Shown piece by piece: positions 9,766-17,134 of a stretch of 64,000 nucleotides of DNA (position 1 is the first letter of the stretch; every line of letters begins with the position of its first letter). The notes under the pieces are model-generated. The model was not told the DNA's origin and made no database searches. It saw only the letters and a list, made by a program, of their open reading frames with translations. Source of the DNA: an uncultured Acidobacteriota bacterium (GTDB lineage: Bacteria; Acidobacteriota; Thermoanaerobaculia; Multivoradales; UBA5704); contig CAVYRF010000002.1 of NCBI GenBank assembly GCA_963770895.1, forward strand, positions 1,888,001 through 1,952,000, given 5' to 3'. The position numbers and the translations under genes were made by a program.

Positions 9766-11349
9766 ATGGGCATCAGCCGGCGGCGCTTGCTCGAAGGCAC
9801 CGCCGCGCTCACGGGCCTCATCGTGGCGCACGGGGCTGGTGCGAGCCCGGTCGATCGAGCGCCCGGCGGCGGCGCCAGGGAATCGGCGCGCGCCGCCGCA
9901 GCACGGCTCGAGGCGGAGCTGCCAGAGCCCACCCACGCCACAAACGGCGACGAAACCGCGCTGCCAGGCTGGATCGCCTGCTATTCCAAGGGACTGCCTC
10001 ACAATGCGGAAGGCGAGGTGGACCCAGCGGCCTATCGGCTGCTCCTGCGGGCGATCGCAAGCCGCGACCCGGCCGACTTCGAGTCCATCCCGCTCGGTGG
10101 CTTCGTGAAGCTCGCGAACCCCCAGGCCGCCCTGGCCGAGAACCTCATCGGCCCCGATCCGGGCCGCCTCGATCTCGTCCCTCCGCCGCGCTTTGCGAGC
10201 GCCGAGCAAGCATCCGAGCTCATCGAGCTTTACTGGCAGGCGCTCCTGCGCGACGTGGCCTTCGAGGACTACGAAACCCACCCCTTGGCTCAGCGGGCGG
10301 CGGCGGACCTGTCGCGCCTGGCCGATTTCAAGGGACCGCGGGCGGCGGGCGGCGCGGTCACGCCGCGCACGCTCTTCCGCGGCGCCGGTGCGGGTTCTTT
10401 GACCGGCCCCTACCTCTCGCAGTTCCTCTACCGCGACGTCTTCCTGCCACCGGTGTGGGTGAAGCAACAGGAGCGCACGGCCGCCGCCGGCATCGACTTC
10501 ATGACCCGGCACGACACGTGGCTCGATTGCCAGAACGGCGCCCTGACCGGGGTGAACCGCTTCGACCCGCACCCGCGCTTCGTCCGCAACGGCCGCGATC
10601 TCGGCGAATGGGTGCACCGCGACTTCACCTACCAGGCGGCGCTCGACGCCTGCCTGGTGCTCCAGAAGCTCGGCGCGCCCCCGAGCGGCGCCAACCCCTA
10701 CAAGCACTCGCGCACCCAGACCGGCTTTGCCACCTTCGGCGCGCCCTACCTCTTCTACCTGCTCGCCGTGGTCACGCAGGTGGCGCTCACCGCCTCCTGG
10801 TATCAGAAGTGGTGCGTGCACCGCAGGCTGCGCCCGGAGGAGTTCGCCGGCAGGGTGGAGATGGTCCGCGCCGGCCGCGCCGCCTACCCGATCGCGCCGG
10901 CGGTTTTGGACAGCGAAGCGCTGGCCGAAACGCTCCGGCGCCACGGCGCGGCGCTCCTGCCGCAGGCGTACCCGGAGGGCGCGCCCACGCACCCCTCCTA
11001 CCCGGCCGCGCATGCGGTGATCGCCGGCGCCGGCGTCACCGTGCTGAAGGCTCTCTTCGACGATTCGCACGAGTTGCCGAATTCCGTGGTCGCCGCCCCC
11101 GATGGCCTCAGCCTCACGCCCTACGCCGGGCCACCTCTTACCGTCGGCGGCGAGCTCGACAAGCTCGCCTGGAACGTTGGCATGGGACGCGATTTCGCCG
11201 GCATCCACTGGCGCTCCGACGTGGCGGCCGGGATCGAGTTTGGCGAACGGGCCGCGGTCGCGGTATTGCGTGAGATGAAGCTCACCGGACACGAGGTCTT
11301 CGCCGGGTTCACCCTGCGGCAATTCGACGGCCGGCGCGTGGCGATCTGA
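9766..11349 (+). CDS. Tat-exported vanadium-dependent haloperoxidase (bromoperoxidase-like)
   Basis: MGISRRRLL twin-arginine signal; vanadate-site motifs WYQKWCVHRRLRPE, HPSYPAAH, GRDFAGIHWRSD; 'ELIELYWQALLRDVAF' typical of the algal/cyanobacterial-type family. Confidence 0.9.
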   Translation: MGISRRRLLEGTAALTGLIVAHGAGASPVDRAPGGGARESARAAAARLEAELPEPTHATNGDETALPGWIACYSKGLPHNAEGEVDPAAYRLLLRAIASRDPADFESIPLGGFVKLANPQAALAENLIGPDPGRLDLVPPPRFASAEQASELIELYWQALLRDVAFEDYETHPLAQRAAADLSRLADFKGPRAAGGAVTPRTLFRGAGAGSLTGPYLSQFLYRDVFLPPVWVKQQERTAAAGIDFMTRHDTWLDCQNGALTGVNRFDPHPRFVRNGRDLGEWVHRDFTYQAALDACLVLQKLGAPPSGANPYKHSRTQTGFATFGAPYLFYLLAVVTQVALTASWYQKWCVHRRLRPEEFAGRVEMVRAGRAAYPIAPAVLDSEALAETLRRHGAALLPQAYPEGAPTHPSYPAAHAVIAGAGVTVLKALFDDSHELPNSVVAAPDGLSLTPYAGPPLTVGGELDKLAWNVGMGRDFAGIHWRSDVAAGIEFGERAAVAVLREMKLTGHEVFAGFTLRQFDGRRVAI

Positions 11350-11409
11350 GAAGCCGCGACCCGGCAGCGCGCAAGGGTCGACGGCAAAATCGACGTCGGG
11401 GGTCCGGCG

Positions 11410-11655
11410 CTCGGTAGCGGTTCGCGGCCTCCACGGTGCGGCTGTCGCCGACAGCCAGCAGATCGGCGTAGGCGAGGACGGCCGGCATCACGCCGCGCTC
11501 CTCCCCGGCGTCGGCGAAGTGCCAGAGCTTCTTCAGCACCTCGACCTGGCCGTCCTCCGCTCCTTTGAGGCGCTGGTGGATCAGCAGCTTTGCCGGGACC
11601 GCATCCGCGTACAAGGTCAGCGTCCCCGGTTTCAGGAAGCCCGTCAGCCGCGCGC
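11410..11655 (-). pseudogene. C-terminal fragment of a type IV TA AbiEi-family antitoxin
   Basis: Translation 'LTGFLKPGTLTLY...GQVEVLKKLWHF...PAVLAYADLLAVGDSRTVEAA' resembles the AbiEi_2 C-terminus; N-terminal part and cognate AbiEii toxin absent; boundaries approximate. Confidence 0.6.
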
Positions 11656-11911
11656 ACGGCGGGCACATCGCCGAGCACCGCCGCTGCTGAAGTTGCCCCG
11701 ATCGCGACGCGCCTGACGGCGCGTGCGCAATCGGGCCGGGGGGGCGGACGAGGCGTCTTGCCACGCAAGAGGGTTTGCGGCGATGAGGGCGTAGGGAATC
11801 TGGCCGAACGGCCGCCGGGCGAAGGAGGCCGCCGTCGACGTGCTCATCGAGCGCTTGTTTGGCCCGCCGCCACCTGCTGATCCGGCTGCTGACTCGACGG
11901 CTGGATCGCAC

Positions 11912-13426
11912 TCAGGGTGCAGGGACCCCAAGATGGGGTGAGCGACCGAGGAGTCGCAGCGCTGCGCGCGCTTGCTCGACCGTGGCCGCCTCCTTACGGG
12001 CCGCGTCCAGGAAGAGCCGCAAGCTCACCAGGGTTTCGCGCTCGATCCCCGCAGCGGCTAGGACCCAGCTCATTTCCGCTGCCAAGCGGCGCACTTCGTT
12101 GAGGCGCCCTTCCTCCAGGTTGAGGATGGCCAGCTCAAGCGACACGATCGCCCTGGCAAGGCTATTCCGGTGCGCCGCAAGCTGGTTGCGCACCTCCTCG
12201 AAGGCAGCGCATGCTTCCTCGCGGCGTCCGCAGCCTGCAGCCACGCGTCCGCTCAGCCACCTGACGCGAACCAGATCGAGGTCGTTCCCGTGGTCGAGAG
12301 CCACCTGGTGGAGGCGAGACAGCTTGGCCTCGACCTCGGCATGTAGGCCCAGGTGGCACAGGTTGACGCAAAGGTTGAAGTCCAGCGACCAGGCAAGATG
12401 AGGCTCGCCGCCGTTCGCGATCAGCGGCGCAGCTTCGCGCAGGACCTCGACGGCGGCGGCCGCGTCTCCGGTCTGCTCCAGCATAACGGCGCGGCTAAGG
12501 AGGATCCGGCCTACCGCAATGGGCGGCGCCAACGTTGCGGCGCGGTCCAGCAGGTCGAAGGCCGCCTCGAACTGGCGCGCGTCGCGCCGCAGCGAGGCTT
12601 CCAGATCGAGCAGGCGCCACTCTTCGAGAAGACCGCTGCTTTCCTTCGCGCCCTCGCGCCACAACCGCCAGACGGCTGCAAACTCCGCCCCTGCTCCCGC
12701 AAGGTCGCCTGCCACGCGCCGCGCATTGCCGACAAACGCCCGCGCGTAGGCCAGCAGCCTTCGACGCCAATGCTCGTCAACCGGAGCGAGCTCTGCCACC
12801 AAAAGGGCGAGGTGGGCCAGGTCGAGGGCTGCCGCTGGCGTCTTCAGGGCTGCCCGCGCGCTCTCATCGCACAGCCGCTCTGCCAGCGCCCAGGTCTGGA
12901 ACTCGCTCCCCTGCTCGACCAGCCAGCGGCGCTCGGCGGCAGCGCAAGGGGCGAGCCTGTCCCAGGCGCGCGCCGCGTCCTCGCGGTCGCGTGGCGACGG
13001 CTCCTTGCGGTGCATCGCCGCGACCTGTGCAGCCTCTGCGGAGCCGGTGAGCGCCTCGAAGCGGGCAAAGGCCGTAGCGATGGCGCCGCGGACGGCGGCC
13101 TCCAGAGCTGGCTGGTCTTCCGGTTCAAGGTCATCGCCGGGTTGAAGGTGGTCCAGCGGCGGGCGGCCATCCGGCGCGGCGGTGGCTTTCTCGCGGGCGG
13201 CGCGCAGGATGGGCAGCAGTCGGCGCTCGACCCATGGGATGGGTAGGCCCACGGCAGCCGTGATCCGCTCCAGGGCGTCCGGGGTCAGGGTGTCGCCCGC
13301 CTCGTATCGTGACACCGAGTTCTGCGAAAGGCCGGCCGCCCTTGCAAGGTTTGTCTGATCCCAGCCGCGCAAGGCGCGCAGCACCTGCACCAGCAGCCGT
13401 CCTTCCTCGTCTCGATAGGGGGGCAT
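11912..13426 (-). CDS. XRE-HTH plus TPR-like helical repeat transcriptional regulator (paralog A)
   Basis: ATG at 13426 preceded by GAGGAGG; HTH 'LRALRGWDQTNLARAAGLSQNSVSRYEAG'; helical repeats 'TWALAERL', 'GNARRVAGDL', 'EWRLLDLEASLRRD', 'SLELAILNLEEG'. Confidence 0.85.
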   Translation of the reverse strand: MPPYRDEEGRLLVQVLRALRGWDQTNLARAAGLSQNSVSRYEAGDTLTPDALERITAAVGLPIPWVERRLLPILRAAREKATAAPDGRPPLDHLQPGDDLEPEDQPALEAAVRGAIATAFARFEALTGSAEAAQVAAMHRKEPSPRDREDAARAWDRLAPCAAAERRWLVEQGSEFQTWALAERLCDESARAALKTPAAALDLAHLALLVAELAPVDEHWRRRLLAYARAFVGNARRVAGDLAGAGAEFAAVWRLWREGAKESSGLLEEWRLLDLEASLRRDARQFEAAFDLLDRAATLAPPIAVGRILLSRAVMLEQTGDAAAAVEVLREAAPLIANGGEPHLAWSLDFNLCVNLCHLGLHAEVEAKLSRLHQVALDHGNDLDLVRVRWLSGRVAAGCGRREEACAAFEEVRNQLAAHRNSLARAIVSLELAILNLEEGRLNEVRRLAAEMSWVLAAAGIERETLVSLRLFLDAARKEAATVEQARAALRLLGRSPHLGVPAP

Positions 13427-13570
13427 GGCGTCGCCTCCTCGGCGGTATAGGGTCCTATTCACGGAAAAAGTGTATTTTTAACCTCTATCATCGACCGGGA
13501 TCGTCATGGAGCAGGCCCCGCTCGCGCCACTTCCGGCCGCGAGCGGCGGTGCCACAGGAAAGGACTTCTC

Positions 13571-13996
13571 ATGTGCTACAGGAACTCCCGTCGCATTCTC
13601 GCCTCCGCGGTCGTACTTGCCCTGGCTGTGTGGGCGGGCGCGCCCACCTTGCTGACAGCTGCCCCAGCTTCCGCCTTCGGCCTCCCGGCGGCCCAGAGCG
13701 CTCAAGGTCTCGACGTTCTGAACCAGGTGCGCCTCTGGCTGAGCACCAGATGGCCTTGGACGGGGTCCAGCGCCGATGGTGCTGCATCGCGACATGCCGC
13801 TAGCGTGAAGCCGCAGAATTCTTGCTCGTCTGACCCGAACGGCCAGCATTGCACCAATGCCGTCATCCCGCAGAACGCCTGCGCGTCGGATCCGAGCGGC
13901 CAGCATTGCACCAACGCCCTCATCCCGCAGAACTCCTGCGCGTCCGACCCGGACGGCCTGCAATGCAGCAATGCTGTCAGGCCACATCATTCTTGA
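13571..13996 (+). CDS. Small exported precursor peptide with three tandem Cys-x8-Cys 'DPxG' cassettes
   Basis: AGGAAAGGA RBS; basic then hydrophobic N-terminus with A-x-A sites; cassettes VKPQNSCSSDPNGQHCTNA, VIPQNACASDPSGQHCTNA, LIPQNSCASDPDGLQCSNA; divergent from paralog A. Confidence 0.8.
   Translation: MCYRNSRRILASAVVLALAVWAGAPTLLTAAPASAFGLPAAQSAQGLDVLNQVRLWLSTRWPWTGSSADGAASRHAASVKPQNSCSSDPNGQHCTNAVIPQNACASDPSGQHCTNALIPQNSCASDPDGLQCSNAVRPHHS
13805..13975 (+). repeat. Three imperfect 57-bp coding tandem repeats
   Basis: CCGCAGAA recurs at 13811, 13868 and 13925 (period 57); many differences are at third codon positions. Confidence 0.9.
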
Positions 13997-14133
13997 GGCT
14001 CGGACCCGAGCGGCAGTCAGCGGTGCCCGGATTAGCTGAAGCAGCATGCGAGTGCGGCGCATAGGGTCTGACGCAGCGCCCTGACGGTGAACGCGTCCCT
14101 TGTGGCAGCCATCCTCGATTCCTCGCCGCACCA

Positions 14134-14158
14134 GCCGGAGCCCGGTTGCGGCTCCGGC
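14134..14158. terminator. Hairpin between the convergent peptide and regulator genes
   Basis: GCCGGAGCC, 7-nt loop, GGCTCCGGC; no U tract. Confidence 0.35.
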
Positions 14159-14173
14159 GCCTCGGCTGGTCTC

Positions 14174-16030
14174 TCACGGTACGCGCCCCCAAAGGCGCGG
14201 TGATCGACCGAGGAGACGCAGCGCCGCGCGTGCCTGGTCGATCGTCGCCACCTCGCGGCGCGCAGCCTCGCAAAAGAGCCGCAGGCTCGCCAGGACTTCG
14301 CGCTCGACGCCCTCGGCGGCGACGATCCAGCTCATCTCCTTCGCCAGGCGGCGAACCTCGGCGAGCTGCCCGTCCTCCAAGCAGAGGACGGCGAGCTCAA
14401 GCGACACGATCGCAGAGGCAAAACCGTTGCGATGGGTCGCAAGCTGCTCCCGCACTCGCTCGAAGGCGGCACGTGCCTCCTGCCTGTCACCCATGCCCCC
14501 CGCGACACGGCCGCTCAGCCAGCCGATACGCACAAGATCCAACTCGTTGCCGAGATCGAGCGTTAGCCGCTTCAGGCCCGGCAGCTGAGCCGCCGCCTCG
14601 GCGAATTGACCGAGGTGGCAGAGATTGACGCTCCAATTGAATGCCAGCGACCATTCCAACGCTGGCTCGCCGAGTGCGCGCACCAGGGGTGCGGCCTTTT
14701 GCAGCGTGACCAATGCGGCAGTCGCCTCACCTGCCTGCTCCAAAGTGACGGCGCGCTTGAGCAGTATGCGCCCAGCGGCGATCGGCGGAGCCCCGGCCAT
14801 GGCCCGGTCGAGGAGGTCGAGAGCTGCTGCGAAGCTCCGCGTATCGCGGCGCAAGGATGCCTCCAGATCGAGCAGGCGCCATTCGGGAAGGATGGCGGTC
14901 GGGTCTCCGGTGGCACCTTCGCTCCAGAGCCGCCAGACAGACTGCCACTCGGCGCCGGCCTGTGCCAGGTGGCCCTCGACGCGTAGTGCATTGGCCAGAA
15001 ATGCTCGGGTAAAGCCTTCCAGCCGGCTGCGCCATGCGTCCGAGCCGGTGATTATCCGCGCCGCGGCGCTTGCAAGCCGCGCCAGCTCCAGCGCCATGGC
15101 AGCGCTTCTGCGCGCGCAACGCGCGCTCTTTTCGGCCAGCCGCTCGGCGAGTGCCCAGGTTCGATACTCCAGGCTGTGCCCGACAAGCAGCCGGCGCTCC
15201 TGGGATGTGCTCCGCTCCAGCCGCTGCCACAACCTGCCGGCCTCGGCGCGAGCGCGGGCAATACGGTGGGTGGCGGCCTGGGCGCGGATGCAGGACTGCG
15301 TGAGGATGGCGACCTCGGTCGCCAAGTGGGCCGCAGCCTCCCGCCCACGGCAGGCTTGCAGCGGTGCGGTGGCTCCGGCGACGGCACTGCCGTTCACACC
15401 TGGACGAGCAAGGCCGAGGGCCGCGATGGCGGCGAGCGCAAGATCGGCTTCGGCCGGGGTGTAGTCCATTGCACCCACCAGGCCCTCGAACCGCGCGCGC
15501 TTCAGCTTGCGACTGCCGCGCTCATAACCCGAGATTTGGGAGTTTGGCACACCGGCCGCCTCTGCCAGGTCCTGTTGGGTCCAGGCCAAGCGCTGGCGTA
15601 ACCAGCTGAGGGCGATCCCTAGCGCCTGCGACGGGCGGGCCAGCGCGTCCTGGCCGGGCGCGCGGCGGGCCTGGAACAAGGGTTGGGCCAAGCCGGCGAC
15701 CTCAACCGCGAGATGCGCCGCGGTCTGGCGGAGGTAGCGGACTTCCAGCGGCGGCGCGGCGGCTGGATGGGACGGTTCGCAGGCTTCGGCTTCACGGCCG
15801 ACCGCGACCACGACCATGTGTACGAGGTCGACTTCGGAGGGAGTGTAGCCCATGATCTCGGCGAGCTGCCGGAGGCGCCGGCAACTGAGCTGACGGGTGC
15901 CCCGCTCGTAGGCCGAGGAGTGGGCCTTGGAAATGCCAGCGGCCTTTGCCAGCTGCCGCTGCGTCCATCCGGCGTGCTCGCGTAGCCAGGTCAGGACGAT
16001 GCAACGGGACTGCGGGGGAGTCCTAGTCAT
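14174..16030 (-). CDS. Double XRE-HTH plus TPR-like regulator (paralog B)
   Basis: Two HTH units 'WLREHAGWTQRQLAKAAG..AYERG' and 'WLRQRLAWTQQDLAEAAG..GYERG'; C-terminal half closely parallels paralog A (EWRLLDLEASLRRD, LDLVRIGWLSGRVAGG, LRLLGRSP). Confidence 0.85.
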   Translation of the reverse strand: MTRTPPQSRCIVLTWLREHAGWTQRQLAKAAGISKAHSSAYERGTRQLSCRRLRQLAEIMGYTPSEVDLVHMVVVAVGREAEACEPSHPAAAPPLEVRYLRQTAAHLAVEVAGLAQPLFQARRAPGQDALARPSQALGIALSWLRQRLAWTQQDLAEAAGVPNSQISGYERGSRKLKRARFEGLVGAMDYTPAEADLALAAIAALGLARPGVNGSAVAGATAPLQACRGREAAAHLATEVAILTQSCIRAQAATHRIARARAEAGRLWQRLERSTSQERRLLVGHSLEYRTWALAERLAEKSARCARRSAAMALELARLASAAARIITGSDAWRSRLEGFTRAFLANALRVEGHLAQAGAEWQSVWRLWSEGATGDPTAILPEWRLLDLEASLRRDTRSFAAALDLLDRAMAGAPPIAAGRILLKRAVTLEQAGEATAALVTLQKAAPLVRALGEPALEWSLAFNWSVNLCHLGQFAEAAAQLPGLKRLTLDLGNELDLVRIGWLSGRVAGGMGDRQEARAAFERVREQLATHRNGFASAIVSLELAVLCLEDGQLAEVRRLAKEMSWIVAAEGVEREVLASLRLFCEAARREVATIDQARAALRLLGRSPRLWGRVP

Positions 16031-16507
16031 CAGTCACCACGGCCAGCAGGAGTGCCCCCCGGGCGCCAGCTCCACTTGGGAAGTCCTCATTTGCGAACCT
16101 GCGCGACCAGAACAAAGATCCTCCATGGCGATGCAGAGGATTTTACGCGAATGCTCTCGTTGCGCAAGAGCAACCAAATGCTTTTTCGTTGCAAACAGAT
16201 ACATCTCCTGGTCATCAAGGTCAAAAATTCTCCTCTTGCGTGTATGGCAAACCTTGCGCAGTACTGAGTGGGGCGTGCGGGACGTAGAGGCTTCTTCATC
16301 TGGGGTAGAGCGTCGCGGGTGGAAACCTCGATACCTCACCGGCGGGCGCCTACCGCTGGGGCGTCAATTTGCGTGAATATGTGTATTGCAAACTTTTTTA
16401 GGCTTTGCGAGCGCGCCAGGTCGTCGCCTCACTATTCTCCGTGGCGGGTAGACATCGGTGGCGGTTATCGGGGCCGCGACTCTCGTCTGCCATAAGGATG
16501 CCCTGAG

Positions 16508-17134
16508 ATGCGCGACCATGATCCACGAAACGAATGCGCCGGCCACGTCGAAATCGACCTCATGGCGCGGCTGCTGACCGCTCACGCGCAGGACGAGGAC
16601 GTCTACCAACGCTTGCTGCCGCACATGGTCGGCCAGTGTCCCGAGTGCAGGCAGCTCCTTGTCGAGTTGGAAGAGCTGCGCCGTGAAGCGGCGGCGCCGG
16701 ATGCCCTGATTGCCGCGACCGAGTGGCCGGCGGCACCCGGCCTGTGGGGGCGGCTGGCGCCGCTCCCCTTCGAGGAACAGCTGCGGGCAGCCGCTGCGGA
16801 CGAAACCCTTCACACCTGGGGGCTCTGCCGCCTGCTCCAGGTCAAGAGCGGCGGCGAGGCGCGCGAGCATCCGGCGGCGGCCGGCCGGCTTGCCCAGCTG
16901 GCCTTGGTGATCTCCGAGCACCTGGCCAAGGCGCAGGAGACCGCGGAGCTGGCCAAGGAGCTGAGGGCCATGCCGCGGGTGGACCGCCTGCATGCTGCCG
17001 CCCCAGCGCGCCCTGACCGACCGTCTGCTGAAGCACCACGGCGAGTTCGAAGACCCGATCGGTGCCGCACGCGCATGAGCGAGGAGCTGCACTTCCGCCG
17101 CGGCCAGATGGTGCTGAGCGATGGGCGCTCCTGA
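16508..17134 (+). pseudogene. Truncated anti-sigma-type Zn-finger plus TPR-like protein (paralog C)
   Basis: 'HMVGQCPEC' H-x4-CxxC finger; 'LWGRLAPL...LHTWGLCRLL...AGRLAQLALVIS' matches the first helical block of paralogs A, B and D, after which similarity stops; may still be a short functional gene. Confidence 0.55.

Noticed and set aside
13805-13975. 57-bp repeats as a mini-CRISPR
   Set aside because: No unique spacers, in-frame coding periodicity and no cas genes
13571-13996. Lanthipeptide or ranthipeptide precursor
   Set aside because: Has a Sec-type signal rather than a RiPP leader, and no LanB/C/M, YcaO or radical SAM gene is in the window
16034-16339. 101-aa ORF upstream of paralog B
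   Set aside because: No recognisable motif or RBS; spans the AT-rich putative regulatory region
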